IMG/VR virus record: IMGVR_UViG_3300027782_000043
DNA: 64,000 nt
Strand: one strand, 5' to 3'
Source: an uncultured virus (IMG/VR IMGVR_UViG_3300027782_000043)
Taxonomy: Duplodnaviria; Heunggongvirae; Uroviricota; Caudoviricetes
The position numbers and the translations under genes were made by a program. This document shows, in pieces, positions 1 to 10,245 of this stretch. The notes beneath the pieces were generated by a model, which worked only from the letters and a program-made list of their open reading frames with translations, was not told where the DNA came from and ran no database searches. The number at the start of each line of letters is the position of its first letter. The first letter of the stretch is position 1.

Positions 1-763
1 TTGTTATAAAATCAAACAGTTCATTTGAATCCAATAAATTAATTTGTTTAGTGTTTTTATACGTGATTCTTTCACTAGCACTCAACTCTCTTGTATAAAC
101 TTGAAATCCATAATGACAAGGTGGTAATACTTGATGTGGTAAATCTGCGGGATTCCACGCTGAGACAATTAATCGTCTTGAATCTGGATTTGTTTTAAGG
201 TCGTTAATTAGATTTTGGATTTGGTCTATTTGTTTTGTATAAACACCAGGGTCAACTATTTTCTCATCACGAGTTGCATTTCGGTTCCAACTTCTCCATT
301 GCTTTCCATACACAGGTCCAAGGTCACCCCACTTCTTAGCAAACTCATCATCGGTTTTGATTTTGTTGATGAACTCTTCCATAGTCATCACCCTTGTGCA
401 ATTTTCGTCTGGGTCGTCAACATGGATTTCATAATCGGGTTCTTCTACAGAATTTGCAATCTTACAATAGTTCTTATAAGCATCACCATCCCAAATATGA
501 CAATTATTATCCACAAGGAACTTGATGTTTGTATCACCACGCAAGAACCACATTAGTTCTGTGGTGATTGTTTTGAACGGCATTTTCTTTGTAGTAAGTA
601 ATGGAAACCCCTCACTCATTTTATGTCTAATCTGTCTACCAAATACACTTATTGTACCAGTTCCTGTTCTATCTTTTTTTGATACACCATTATCAAGGAT
701 GTCTTGTAAGAGTGATTGGTATTGTTTATCTAAGGTATTATTTTTTATATCTATATTTTTCAT
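1..763 (-). CDS. thyA: Thymidylate synthase ThyA, 3' end runs off the window; alternative in-frame ATG at 820
   Basis: Absent from the ORF track. Manual translation gives [55 protein letters not shown] and the catalytic LPPCH. Confidence 0.96.
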   Translation of the reverse strand, partial: MKNIDIKNNTLDKQYQSLLQDILDNGVSKKDRTGTGTISVFGRQIRHKMSEGFPLLTTKKMPFKTITTELMWFLRGDTNIKFLVDNNCHIWDGDAYKNYCKIANSVEEPDYEIHVDDPDENCTRVMTMEEFINKIKTDDEFAKKWGDLGPVYGKQWRSWNRNATRDEKIVDPGVYTKQIDQIQNLINDLKTNPDSRRLIVSAWNPADLPHQVLPPCHYGFQVYTRELSASERITYKNTKQINLLDSNELFDFIT

Positions 764-803
764 TAGTTTTTTACGTTTTTCAGGATGTCTCCACTTACCA
801 TAG

Positions 804-1127
804 TTAGACCATTTGTTCATAACTTTCCAATTGATTTTCGTTGAAGATGTGTAATAGTCCATATTCATCCATTTCGCCTATCACCCGTATTTCACCACCG
901 ATTGTTTCAAATACACCTACGATTGTACAAGGAAATTTATATCCTTTTGGTTTGTGTACCTTATCACCAACCTTAAATTTTGGTTCTGTTTGATTAATAA
1001 TACCGTTTAGTCGTTTAATCTCAGAGATCACATCATCTCCCAATTCAATCTTGGACATCATTGTTAGATCCACCACTTGATTCGTAAGGACATTGATTAA
1101 CTCGTCTTTTGCTTGTTCTCTATTCAT
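804..1127 (-). CDS. Protein with C-terminal SH3-like domain resembling type II (R67/DfrB) dihydrofolate reductase
   Basis: [32 protein letters not shown] parallels R67 FGMGDRVRKKSG..IVGWYCT..E..GSVQIYPVAALE; directly upstream of thyA. Confidence 0.5.
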   Translation of the reverse strand: MNREQAKDELINVLTNQVVDLTMMSKIELGDDVISEIKRLNGIINQTEPKFKVGDKVHKPKGYKFPCTIVGVFETIGGEIRVIGEMDEYGLLHIFNENQLESYEQMV

Positions 1128-1133
1128 AATTTT

Positions 1134-1583
1134 TTATTTACCAATAATAAATTTAAGTGCTGATGAGCTTCCGGCCATATTAAAGGTAAAAACTTCAGAT
1201 GAACAAGTTATATCGTTTACCCTAATTTTTAATACACTACATAGTTTAAAGTCATTAAGTATATTACTTTCCATTAGATTACTAACGATCCATATAATTT
1301 TTTTATCTTCAGAAACTTCCATAGGTTCAGAATATTTTACATAGGAACCGTTAACTAAAAAAGACAAGTCTACCGTGGGGTTTTCATCACACGTATACCC
1401 ACCCTGCAGATAAAAAAATATTGATCCATCTACATTTTCTAACTTTAAAACTGATTTATTATTTTCGGCAGTATAACATATTCGATAAGGATCGTCAAAC
1501 CCATTATTAACATTTTTGTTTATCCATTGTGCATTAACATTTAAAGTTAACATTAACGCAATACTAATCATTAATTTTTTCAT
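1134..1583 (-). CDS. Exported hypothetical protein
   Basis: Sec-type signal peptide MKKLMISIALMLTLNVNA|QW. Confidence 0.7.
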   Translation of the reverse strand: MKKLMISIALMLTLNVNAQWINKNVNNGFDDPYRICYTAENNKSVLKLENVDGSIFFYLQGGYTCDENPTVDLSFLVNGSYVKYSEPMEVSEDKKIIWIVSNLMESNILNDFKLCSVLKIRVNDITCSSEVFTFNMAGSSSALKFIIGK

Positions 1584-1594
1584 ATTTTTTATTT

Positions 1595-1849
1595 TTAATT
1601 CAATTCTATATTTTTATTATTTTCAAATTCAACCAATAAAGCAACAACAGTTTCATCAACCAAACTAACATGTAATTCTTTTGCTGTTTTATAATCGGAA
1701 ACATTAATTTTTGATTTTATTTTTTTTTCTCCATCTGTAATGGTAATTTTAATCTCAAACTTTTTTTCCAATTTTATTTTTTTATCTACCGGTGGTTTGT
1801 AACCAAATTCTTTTTCTTGTCTTATTTCATTAAGTGTTCTTTTTTTCAT
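1595..1849 (-). CDS. Hypothetical protein
   Basis: ORF packed in the minus-strand run. Confidence 0.6.
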   Translation of the reverse strand: MKKRTLNEIRQEKEFGYKPPVDKKIKLEKKFEIKITITDGEKKIKSKINVSDYKTAKELHVSLVDETVVALLVEFENNKNIELN

Positions 1850-1875
1850 TTTTTATGTTTTTAGTAATTTATTTA

Positions 1876-2211
1876 TTATTTGATACCATCTTCTAATTCT
1901 TTCTCCGCAAGAACACTACCTAAAAATTGGTTTTCATTTTCTAAGAAAATAATATATTCTTTCAACGCCTTATTTCTATCCCTTTGAGATTGAATTTTTT
2001 TTAATTGTTTTCCTATTTGAACCTTTATGGAGTCTTCAGGTAATGATAACCATAGAGTGTCTACATGGGGATTTTTTTTAAGACTGTCGATTATTCTTTC
2101 TTTATCTTTTATTAATCTACTAAATTTGGTATTTGCTCTATTATTGATAATGGCAGCAAATATTCCAGTAAAAATTAATGTGATAATAATGATGGTTGAA
2201 ATTTTTTTCAT
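1876..2211 (-). CDS. Membrane-anchored coiled-coil hypothetical protein
   Basis: N-terminal hydrophobic helix followed by a charged helix. Confidence 0.6.
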   Translation of the reverse strand: MKKISTIIIITLIFTGIFAAIINNRANTKFSRLIKDKERIIDSLKKNPHVDTLWLSLPEDSIKVQIGKQLKKIQSQRDRNKALKEYIIFLENENQFLGSVLAEKELEDGIK

Positions 2212-2250
2212 AATTTGTTTAATTTATCGTCTATTTTTATACTCACAGTA

Positions 2251-2282
2251 CAAATATAATATTTTTTTATCGTAATGTCAAC
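2251..2282 (-). promoter_or_regulatory. Bacteroidetes-type housekeeping promoter
   Basis: Minus strand GTTG-N20-TATATTTG upstream of the 2211 start. Confidence 0.6.
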
Positions 2283-2314
2283 TCCATCACACATATGTAT
2301 ACCACTAAATCCTG

Positions 2315-2725
2315 TTATTTTTTAACTGCTCTTGCGAAAAGATTACCTGTTTTTAATGTTACTCCAACAAATCTATGTGTAAATCCTATAACCCAAACAT
2401 AATCGGATCCGTAAGAACTACCACTCCAATAATAAACATTATTATCAACAAAAAACTCAGAGTTGTCTGATACATATATTGGAGAAATAAAACCACCTAA
2501 CATATCTTTATTTTCGTATATTTTTTCCATTTCTTCTTTTGTTGGTAATCTCCATCCATCACCTAATTTTGAACACGCTTTTACCGCCTCATCGTATGTC
2601 ATTGGATCTGAAAAATCAAACTGAGCAATTTCTAAACCGTTTAGATTATATGTTTTTCCAATAACTGACTTTTGTGAAAACACAAAAAAAGGAAGTATAA
2701 ATAATAAAGTTAATAATGTTTTCAT
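2315..2725 (-). CDS. Exported DUF1566/Lcl-like (C-type lectin/FGE fold) protein
   Basis: Signal peptide; MTYDEAVKAC..GWRLPTKEEM..YYWSGS..W...F..ARAV pattern. Confidence 0.7.
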   Translation of the reverse strand: MKTLLTLLFILPFFVFSQKSVIGKTYNLNGLEIAQFDFSDPMTYDEAVKACSKLGDGWRLPTKEEMEKIYENKDMLGGFISPIYVSDNSEFFVDNNVYYWSGSSYGSDYVWVIGFTHRFVGVTLKTGNLFARAVKK

Positions 2726-2737
2726 TTGTCCTGTTCT

Positions 2738-3085
2738 TTAATCGTTTAAATTTAAACCATAACCTTCAAGAGTCTCTCTGATTTCTTCTCTTATTTTTTC
2801 ACAAATATCTATTTCCTCACTTGATGCTTCTTCGTTGGAATAAAACTTAATTCCGTGTTTGGTTGTTGATCTTAACTTTTGGTCAAGATCCCACATTGAC
2901 ATCTTCCACTTCATAGCATCAAGTGCCACTCTTGCATCTTGTGATTCTTCTACCGAATCAAATTCTATTGTTATTTTTCCCATTTCTTTTGCTTTTGCTT
3001 GTTCGTACTTCTTAACTTGTGGTTTTACTACAGTGTCTATAATATGTTGTGCCTTGCGATTGAACTCTTCTTGATCTATCTTCAT
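2738..3085 (-). CDS. Hypothetical protein
   Basis: ORF with overlapping start/stop coupling to neighbours. Confidence 0.6.
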   Translation of the reverse strand: MKIDQEEFNRKAQHIIDTVVKPQVKKYEQAKAKEMGKITIEFDSVEESQDARVALDAMKWKMSMWDLDQKLRSTTKHGIKFYSNEEASSEEIDICEKIREEIRETLEGYGLNLND

Positions 3086-3264
3086 TGTTCTTGTTGTTTA
3101 AAATCTAATTCTCGTTCATAAAAATAAGGACAACACCATTTTCTAACATCACAATTAAGTTTAATCATTGTTCCGTTATAACAACCTGTTTTTATTACTG
3201 TTGCCCAACCACTAAGTTTGGTTTTAACTCTATCCCCCACCATTAATTCACTAAATGTCATCAT
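3082..3264 (-). CDS. Small hypothetical protein (SH3/KOW-like start VGDRVK)
   Basis: Coupled ORF. Confidence 0.5.
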   Translation of the reverse strand: MMTFSELMVGDRVKTKLSGWATVIKTGCYNGTMIKLNCDVRKWCCPYFYERELDFKQQEQ

Positions 3265-3484
3265 CTTCTTCCCTATATGTTAAAAATTCATCATATCTTT
3301 CTTCCATATGTTTCTTATCTCTATACTTACCACAAGCTAAATCATCTGCTATATCATACCCAAAATCTATTATTTGTTCTCTCTCCATTTCTTTGGCTTG
3401 TTTAAGTATAGCATACCAAGTAAACTTATCCTTGTCTGTATTCCATAACTTTTCAAATAACCATTCTGCTGCTGTTTGTTTCAT
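3251..3484 (-). CDS. Phage hypothetical protein (KQTAxEWL...QAKEME type)
   Basis: Recurrent small-protein pattern of Bacteroidetes phages, recognised by eye. Confidence 0.6.
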   Translation of the reverse strand: MKQTAAEWLFEKLWNTDKDKFTWYAILKQAKEMEREQIIDFGYDIADDLACGKYRDKKHMEERYDEFLTYREEDDDI

Positions 3485-3581
3485 ATCATTTCTATTTAAT
3501 TAATGTGGTAACTTTTACCACTTATCCTTTATCAAACTGTCCCATATATTATCTAAATTTGGGACAAATAGTTGTTAATAG

Positions 3582-3968
3582 CTAACATGTGAATCCTTTT
3601 CCATTTTTTATCATGTTTAATATTTCTAATTTCTCTTCATCTGTTATTTTAACAGGTAGCTCATACTCTTTTGTATTGTCTAACCTGCACTGCTCTACCT
3701 CTTCCCATAATGACTTAATATCATAACAAATAGGTTTTCCGTCATTAGTTGCTTGGTCAATTGTTCCAAGAGGGTCTCTCTCCCATAGATACCAACCAAT
3801 CCAATCTGCTCCATCCTTACCATAGTACACCTCTAATAAAATGTTTATCACTGAGGTATAATTATCTGAGAAATTAATAGTGTCTATATCTAATACATAC
3901 AATGCATGTTCCTTGTCTGATTGCTTCCTAAGTCTATTTAGGATTTCTGTAAATACTTCTAGTTTCAT
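3582..3968 (-). CDS. Hypothetical protein
   Basis: ORF in operon-like run. Confidence 0.65.
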   Translation of the reverse strand: MKLEVFTEILNRLRKQSDKEHALYVLDIDTINFSDNYTSVINILLEVYYGKDGADWIGWYLWERDPLGTIDQATNDGKPICYDIKSLWEEVEQCRLDNTKEYELPVKITDEEKLEILNMIKNGKGFTC

Positions 3969-3969
3969 A

Positions 3970-4323
3970 TTATTTTTTTAGTTTCCATAACTCGTAATTA
4001 CTATTTTTTGTCTTAAATTTAATATAGTCATCTTGCTCCTCAACAATTTCTGTTATTGGAGTTGTTTGCCATGTAAAAAATTGGCTAAATGGTGACATAA
4101 GTAGTGAACGACCAACAGCTGGTTTATCATGTTTTGATTTAAACCTACCTTCCTCATTAAATTCCAACCACATTACTTCTTTAGATTGGTTAGTTAATCC
4201 ATCATGTTCACGAATCATTTTCCAATTGAATTCATTTTCAATTACTCCCTGATCAACAGCAATCTTTAAAACATTATCTTCCGTTAATGTCATTGGTATT
4301 TTAGTTTGTTTAATCTTGCTCAT
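3970..4323 (-). CDS. Hypothetical protein
   Basis: ORF in operon-like run. Confidence 0.65.
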   Translation of the reverse strand: MSKIKQTKIPMTLTEDNVLKIAVDQGVIENEFNWKMIREHDGLTNQSKEVMWLEFNEEGRFKSKHDKPAVGRSLLMSPFSQFFTWQTTPITEIVEEQDDYIKFKTKNSNYELWKLKK

Positions 4324-4621
4324 TTTTAATTATATTATATGTAAAATCACTAAATTTTAAACCCCATTGTAGTGAGGCCCACATCATTTCTTTTTCAGCG
4401 CTTTTTGCGTTCATTCGTAGGTTTTTTATTAGGTATTTTTTACCCCATAACTTCCATTGATCATTTTGTTCTGTAGTCATAGTCCATTCCTGAAACCAAT
4501 TGTCTTTACGATCTTTAATGTCCTCAAAGGTTACCGTATGACCCGCAATTTCAAACATCTTGTTAACTAAATCAATGATTATCTGTTCTTTTTTTTCTTG
4601 TTTACTTAATCTTTTATTCAT
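4310..4621 (-). CDS. Hypothetical Trp-rich protein
   Basis: ORF in operon-like run. Confidence 0.65.
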   Translation of the reverse strand: MNKRLSKQEKKEQIIIDLVNKMFEIAGHTVTFEDIKDRKDNWFQEWTMTTEQNDQWKLWGKKYLIKNLRMNAKSAEKEMMWASLQWGLKFSDFTYNIIKNEQD

Positions 4622-4636
4622 TTTATTTTAGTTTGT

Positions 4637-5248
4637 TTAATCTTGATTGTTTTCTAACTCATTTAATTGTTCTTCTAATCTTTTGACGCTACCCCAAATA
4701 ATTCTAGCAGCTGGATCTATCGCTTTAATCTGTTCAACTAATTCGTTTTGCCTGCCTCTGCTGTAAAATCCACGTTCAATATCATCAGCCAAGTTTTGGA
4801 TGTGTTCTGGTGCGTGTATAGAAATACGGAGGTCATAAGATTCCCATTTAGTTTTCCAATCAATAAAAGCAATACCTTTAGTTAATTTTTTATGTAGATT
4901 GTGTAGGGTCCAATTACGAACTCTAACAATTGATCGGTCACTACCAAATACATGTAAGAACCGTAGAAACAATCTTGGACACCATTTTGGTTTTGCTTCA
5001 TAGTCCATTGCCAATACCAGTGGATAAAGAGCTTTGTAGTAGACGCTGTCTTCTTTATAGAAAGTTATTCCAAGATATCCCCACTTTTCTAGTTTCTTTG
5101 GAAAAAAGATATACCGTAAGTCATCCAAGTTGATGTTACGAGTGTGTATAATACCTTTTTTACGTCCTCTCCAAAATATCAGACTTTGTGCAAAAGATTT
5201 TGCCTTTGTTGCTATAGACCGATTGTCTTTGTAGTCAAATTTACTCAT
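4637..5248 (-). CDS. Hypothetical protein
   Basis: 203-aa ORF directly downstream of a consensus promoter. Confidence 0.7.
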   Translation of the reverse strand: MSKFDYKDNRSIATKAKSFAQSLIFWRGRKKGIIHTRNINLDDLRYIFFPKKLEKWGYLGITFYKEDSVYYKALYPLVLAMDYEAKPKWCPRLFLRFLHVFGSDRSIVRVRNWTLHNLHKKLTKGIAFIDWKTKWESYDLRISIHAPEHIQNLADDIERGFYSRGRQNELVEQIKAIDPAARIIWGSVKRLEEQLNELENNQD

Positions 5249-5266
5249 AATTATTGTTTTATTTTA

Positions 5267-5298
5267 CAAATGTACGAAAAAATTTTTACTTTACCAAA
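5267..5298 (-). promoter_or_regulatory. Bacteroidetes-type housekeeping promoter
   Basis: Minus strand TTTG-N20-TACATTTG, an exact match to the -33/-7 consensus. Confidence 0.75.
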
Positions 5299-5303
5299 TT
5301 TAA

Positions 5304-6005
5304 TTATAACCATTTTATTTCATTTGTTATTGAATCCCATTCAACGCTAACAGGTAGGTTAGTGTAATTATATCTCTCATCTAATACTGAAGCATTAATA
5401 AAGTGTGTGTGTCCATTATAATAATATCCTGAACTTCCATGTATGTGTCCAAACACATGAATCTTTGGTTTAATTTCATCTACTCGATGACGTAACATTT
5501 CACAACCTACTCTTACACTTTGTCCTCCTGGAATATCTAAATGTCCAAATGGTGGTCCGTGTGTAATCAGTATGTCCGTATTGTCAGGTATATCATCCCA
5601 CTTTGCTTTCATTACTTCCCCATTTCGAGGTAAATTAAAAGCCCAATTAAAGAACTCTGGTTGCCAAGGTGACCCATAGATTTTTAAACTACGATCTTCA
5701 TCCATATCATAAAGACCAAACATCTCATCTTGAAGATAAATTAGATTTGTATAATCTTTGATGGTTAATAAACTCCAAGTAGGTTCATTTTCTAAAATAC
5801 GGTCGTGATTTCCTGCAATAAAAATTTTCTTATCGTATCCTTTTATTGTACTAAACCAATCAAGGAATTCAATTACCTCTATTTTAGAGTATCCACCGTT
5901 CATAAAATCTCCAGCGTGTATTAGTATATCACCACCTGGTAAATCATTTTCACAATACCGGTGTTTAGTATGTGTATCACTAATAAATGTTATTGTTTTT
6001 TTCAT
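5304..6005 (-). CDS. Calcineurin-like metallophosphoesterase (MPPED/239FB-like)
   Basis: SDTH, HAGDF, IAGNHD, THGPP and HVFGHIH motifs. Confidence 0.92.
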   Translation of the reverse strand: MKKTITFISDTHTKHRYCENDLPGGDILIHAGDFMNGGYSKIEVIEFLDWFSTIKGYDKKIFIAGNHDRILENEPTWSLLTIKDYTNLIYLQDEMFGLYDMDEDRSLKIYGSPWQPEFFNWAFNLPRNGEVMKAKWDDIPDNTDILITHGPPFGHLDIPGGQSVRVGCEMLRHRVDEIKPKIHVFGHIHGSSGYYYNGHTHFINASVLDERYNYTNLPVSVEWDSITNEIKWL

Positions 6006-6066
6006 GTTACAAATATAATAAAAATAATTTAAAATTTAAAATAAAAGTACAAGAGTTTTTAACGGA

Positions 6067-6447
6067 TTATTTAACTATTTCTTTTTTTCCTATAATGGAA
6101 CCTTGTAATACTACTTTATCAATTCTTGAATCAATGTATGATTTTGTTTGATCAATTTCTCTATGAATTTGATCTTCTATTTTGTGATGATTTTCATCCA
6201 CATGTCTAACTTGATTCATTAATGTTTGTTCAACCATATTAATATCACGATGGGTAGATTGAAGTAATTGTTCAGTATGTCTTCTTTCGTGATCAATTGA
6301 TTGATATACTTCGTCAATCATTTTTTTAATTGTTATTGTTTGTTTTTCTAATTTTTTTATCTTAACTACACCTAAAACTAAAGCAATTAATAATAATATT
6401 GCCGCAATCGTAAGCATACCTAAAACATATGATGTTATTTCTATCAT
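6067..6447 (-). CDS. Membrane-anchored coiled-coil protein
   Basis: N-terminal TM helix followed by a long heptad-like helix. Confidence 0.7.
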   Translation of the reverse strand: MIEITSYVLGMLTIAAILLLIALVLGVVKIKKLEKQTITIKKMIDEVYQSIDHERRHTEQLLQSTHRDINMVEQTLMNQVRHVDENHHKIEDQIHREIDQTKSYIDSRIDKVVLQGSIIGKKEIVK

Positions 6448-6529
6448 GTTTTCTAAATTTTATTTATTTTTATGTCAAAGAACTCCTGTACTGTTCCCAT
6501 GTAGAATTTCAAATCTATATGGGTTTTAA

Positions 6530-6838
6530 TTATTTAATTATTTCTAATTCTATTCTATATTTTTTAATTTTTTCTCTAGTTTTTTGGTACTCATCTTGAT
6601 CGTTAGCCTTGTGACCATTTAGAACTGCTCTTGTTATTATTAATTCATTTTTTAAAATAAAAGACAATTTTTCTTGATTGGTTAACTCATAAGGAACAAC
6701 TTCCGTCCTAATAAACTCTCTAATCATTCCTCTAATATTTTCAATGTGTTCTTTTGGATTTTGTTTTGTCCCATGTACCATAACAGATGTCTGGTATATT
6801 GTTCTACTTAAATCTAATATTTTTTTATCAAAACCCAT
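6530..6838 (-). CDS. Hypothetical protein
   Basis: ORF. Confidence 0.6.
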   Translation of the reverse strand: MGFDKKILDLSRTIYQTSVMVHGTKQNPKEHIENIRGMIREFIRTEVVPYELTNQEKLSFILKNELIITRAVLNGHKANDQDEYQKTREKIKKYRIELEIIK

Positions 6839-6851
6839 TTAATTTTTTTGT

Positions 6852-7064
6852 TTAAAGGATTTCTTTTCTTTTTTTATTTAAATAAACCTCAAGTGGATTA
6901 ATAATAGTATATTGATATTCTCTCCAATACTCCACAACATTTTTATTTTTTAATTGATTATCAAAATTATTAATTAATTTATTTGCCGTAGTTATTTGTT
7001 CTTGAGTTTTACAAGAATTAATAACTTTTTTAATCCATGTCTCTATTTCTGTGTAATTTTTCAT
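6852..7064 (-). CDS. Hypothetical protein
   Basis: ORF. Confidence 0.6.
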   Translation of the reverse strand: MKNYTEIETWIKKVINSCKTQEQITTANKLINNFDNQLKNKNVVEYWREYQYTIINPLEVYLNKKRKEIL

Positions 7065-7069
7065 TTTTT

Positions 7070-7297
7070 TTATTGATTATCAATTAATACATAAGGAGGA
7101 TTAATTCTTACCTCAGACCCATCACTATTAAAGTAATATGCCGTATCCTCATCAAAACTAATGGTGTCTGTATACCAAATAGCAGGATGAGGACCTTTAT
7201 TGGTAATAACAGTACCTTTTATTTTATATCTATATTTTTTTTGGTTACACGAAAATATTATAAGTCCGAGTAAAATGATAAGAATTAATTTTTTCAT
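7070..7297 (-). CDS. Small lipoprotein
   Basis: Signal peptide with lipobox IFSC. Confidence 0.65.
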   Translation of the reverse strand: MKKLILIILLGLIIFSCNQKKYRYKIKGTVITNKGPHPAIWYTDTISFDEDTAYYFNSDGSEVRINPPYVLIDNQ

Positions 7298-7319
7298 AAT
7301 TTAGTTAATTTGTATAAAA

Positions 7320-7351
7320 CAAATATAATTATTTTTTTTTAATAAATCAAA
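7320..7351 (-). promoter_or_regulatory. Bacteroidetes-type housekeeping promoter
   Basis: Minus strand TTTG-N20-TATATTTG. Confidence 0.7.
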
Positions 7352-7354
7352 TTT

Positions 7355-7909
7355 TTAGTAAAATTCATTTTCTCTAATCCAAATAACCGCAATATATTTA
7401 AAACCATTTGTTACTGGTAAACCAGCGTGGATACTATCATAATCTAAAGAACCGTCATCTTTTATGTTATCCCATAATACAAGTTTTCCTTTTTTGGGGA
7501 CTATTTTAATATTTAGGTTTGGAAATGATGTTTCCCCTCCTTCAAAATTATCATTTAAATAAACTAAACCTGTTTTTAATCTTTGTCCCCCTCTTTTTAT
7601 TTCATCATCATAATAATTTTCGTTAGGATGAAAAAAATCATGATGATCTTTATATTCTCCTCCAATATCATATTTTAAAACATTAATACTTTCCATGTTA
7701 ATTGTGGGTATTTGTGTTATTTCTGAAATAAGTTTTCTATATTTAATAACAACTTCACCATCTTCTTCCTCTAACCAAGTTCCTTTTGCTACTCTATATC
7801 CATCAATATTTTCACCAAGTACCTCAACATTATCAAAACTATCTGAAGATAAATTTATTAATTCATTACATTCTTCATCAGATAAAAAATTATTAATTTC
7901 TTTTACCAT
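7355..7909 (-). CDS. Prolyl 4-hydroxylase-like 2OG-Fe(II) oxygenase
   Basis: NFLSDEEC, YKDHHDFF (HxD), GGQRxxTxLVYLN..GGETSFP, SIHAGLPV..GFKYIAVIWIR (distal His and 2OG-binding Lys). Confidence 0.9.
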   Translation of the reverse strand: MVKEINNFLSDEECNELINLSSDSFDNVEVLGENIDGYRVAKGTWLEEEDGEVVIKYRKLISEITQIPTINMESINVLKYDIGGEYKDHHDFFHPNENYYDDEIKRGGQRLKTGLVYLNDNFEGGETSFPNLNIKIVPKKGKLVLWDNIKDDGSLDYDSIHAGLPVTNGFKYIAVIWIRENEFY

Positions 7910-7918
7910 TTTATTATT

Positions 7919-8218
7919 TTATATATTATCAAATTTAAGTTCAGATCCATCAACTGATACATCACATATACCCCCATTTTCAAAAATTAAATCTATTCTT
8001 GATTCGGGTATATTAACTTTATCTGGTCCACTAACAATTTTATAACTTTGTGTTAGTGTTAATTTTGGATTTTTGATTAACGATAAAACAGTTTCGTTTT
8101 CGCAAATCATTTTTGACGGGTATTGACCTCCAACAGTTACAATAACTTCATCACCAATTTGTATTTCTTCATTAGAAACCAAATAAGGTTTTTTTCCAAT
8201 TAATATTATTTTGTTCAT
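7919..8218 (-). CDS. Hypothetical protein
   Basis: ORF. Confidence 0.6.
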   Translation of the reverse strand: MNKIILIGKKPYLVSNEEIQIGDEVIVTVGGQYPSKMICENETVLSLIKNPKLTLTQSYKIVSGPDKVNIPESRIDLIFENGGICDVSVDGSELKFDNI

Positions 8219-8300
8219 TGTTTTTATTTATTTTTTAATAAATTATTTTATATCATGAACCCCCACGGATTAGGTGAGGGTTTTATGTTTAACTTAAAAA

Positions 8301-10157
8301 TTAGATTACCTCTTCAAACTCAACATCAGATGGTTTATTATTTTCTTCTTCTGTTGTTGTTTGTTCGTACAATAATTGACTAATAGTTTGAAATTTAGTA
8401 TTAAGATCATTGATATCATTTTCAATCTTCTCAATATCTTTTTTACCGTAAGATTCTTTTAAACTTTCAAGTGCCGTATTAAGTTCGGTTTTTTGATCTT
8501 CGGTTAATTTTTCATCCAAATCTTTGATTGATTTTTCAGTTTGAAAAATCGTACTGTCGGCTCTGTTTATAACTTCGGCATCTTCTCTTAATTTTTTATC
8601 TTGTTCGGAATTTAACTCAGCCTCTTGTTTCATTTTCTCAATCTCTTCTTTTGATAACCCAGAAGATGCCTCAATACGAATTGTTTGTTGTTTGTTTGTT
8701 CCTTTATCTATCGCTGACACATTGATAATTCCATTTGCGTCAATATCAAACGTAACTTCAATTTGTGGAACACCTCTCATTGCCGGTGGGAGACCATCTA
8801 AGTTGAATTTACCAATAGTTTTATTGTCGGTTGCCATTGCTCGTTCTCCCTGAAGTACGTGGATCTCAACTGTTGGTTGATTATCCGCTGCCGTTGAGAA
8901 CACCTGAGATTTTTTAGTCGGGATTGTGGTGTTAGACTCAATCAATTTAGTCATAACTCCACCCATAGTTTCAATACCTAAAGATAATGGGGTTACATCT
9001 AATAATAAGACATCTTTAACATCACCAGCTAACACACCTCCTTGGATTGCCGCACCTAACGCAACTACCTCATCAGGGTTAACACCTTTAGAAGGTTCCT
9101 TACCAAAGAATTGTTTAACCGCATCTTGTATTGCTGGAATTCTTGTTGTACCACCAACCAAGATAATTTCATCAACATCAGAAACCTTCATCTTAGCATT
9201 TTTTAATGCCTTCTTACAAGGTTCAATTGTTCTTTTAACCAAAGAATCAACTAATTGTTCAAATTTTGATTTTGATAATGTTCTTACCAAATGTTTTGGA
9301 ATACCGTCCACAGGCATAATATATGGTAGATTAATTTCAGTTGATGAGGTTGAGGATAATTCAACTTTTGCTTTCTCAGCCCCCTCTCTTAATCTTTGTA
9401 ATGCCATTGGATCCTGAGTTAAATCAATACCATTTTCTTCTTTGAATTCACTTACTAACCAATCGATAATTACCTGATCAAAGTCATCTCCACCTAAATG
9501 AGTATCCCCATCAGTTGATAATACTTCAAACACTCCGTCACCTAATTCAAGAATGGACACATCGTGAGTACCACCACCACAGTCAAATACCACCACTACC
9601 ATATCTTTAGACATTTTATCTAAACCATAAGCCAATGCCGCCGCGGTAGGTTCGTTAATAATACGTTTTACTTCTAAACCCGCAATTTCACCCGCTTCTT
9701 TAGTTGCTTGTCTTTGAGCATCGTTAAAATATGCCGGTACGGTAATAACCGCCTGAGTCACAGTTTCACCCAAATAATCCTCAGCAGTTTGTTTCATCTT
9801 TTGAAGTACCATTGCCGATATTTCTTGTGGAGAATATTGTCGTTTATCTATTTCAACCCTTGGGGATCCTCCATCACCTTTCACAATCTTATATGGCACT
9901 TTTTTAATCTCTTTTTTAGATTCCTCAAAACTTGTACCCATAAAACGTTTAATTGAGCTAATAGTTTTATCCGGATTGGTCACAGCTTGTCGTTTAGCCG
10001 GATCACCAATTTTTCTTTCTCCATCTGTAATAAATCCAATAACGGATGGTGTTGTTCGTTTACCTTCACTATTTGTTATAACTACAGGTTCGTTTCCTTC
10101 CATAACGGCAACACACGAATTTGTTGTTCCTAAATCAATTCCAATAATTTTTCCCAT
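8301..10157 (-). CDS. dnaK: Hsp70 chaperone DnaK
   Basis: [61 protein letters not shown]. Confidence 0.99.
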   Translation of the reverse strand: MGKIIGIDLGTTNSCVAVMEGNEPVVITNSEGKRTTPSVIGFITDGERKIGDPAKRQAVTNPDKTISSIKRFMGTSFEESKKEIKKVPYKIVKGDGGSPRVEIDKRQYSPQEISAMVLQKMKQTAEDYLGETVTQAVITVPAYFNDAQRQATKEAGEIAGLEVKRIINEPTAAALAYGLDKMSKDMVVVVFDCGGGTHDVSILELGDGVFEVLSTDGDTHLGGDDFDQVIIDWLVSEFKEENGIDLTQDPMALQRLREGAEKAKVELSSTSSTEINLPYIMPVDGIPKHLVRTLSKSKFEQLVDSLVKRTIEPCKKALKNAKMKVSDVDEIILVGGTTRIPAIQDAVKQFFGKEPSKGVNPDEVVALGAAIQGGVLAGDVKDVLLLDVTPLSLGIETMGGVMTKLIESNTTIPTKKSQVFSTAADNQPTVEIHVLQGERAMATDNKTIGKFNLDGLPPAMRGVPQIEVTFDIDANGIINVSAIDKGTNKQQTIRIEASSGLSKEEIEKMKQEAELNSEQDKKLREDAEVINRADSTIFQTEKSIKDLDEKLTEDQKTELNTALESLKESYGKKDIEKIENDINDLNTKFQTISQLLYEQTTTEEENNKPSDVEFEEVI

Positions 10158-10245
10158 TTTTAATTTTAATTTTAATTTTTATTTTTATTTATTATGACTT
10201 TAAAGTCGTACTATTTTTCCCAAAAAACATTCCATTCATAAAATA

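Noticed and set aside
300..480. Intron or intein in thyA
   Set aside because: The extra acidic segment is short and in frame and has no intein or endonuclease motifs; it is a variable ThyA loop.
215..803. Plus-strand ORFs 215..556 and 522..803, and similar antisense ORFs throughout
   Set aside because: Shadows of real opposite-strand genes (here thyA); no motifs and atypical composition.
2315..2725. DUF1566/C-lectin protein as a diversity-generating retroelement target
   Set aside because: No reverse transcriptase and no template-repeat copy of its 3' end seen in this window; it cannot be excluded elsewhere in the genome.
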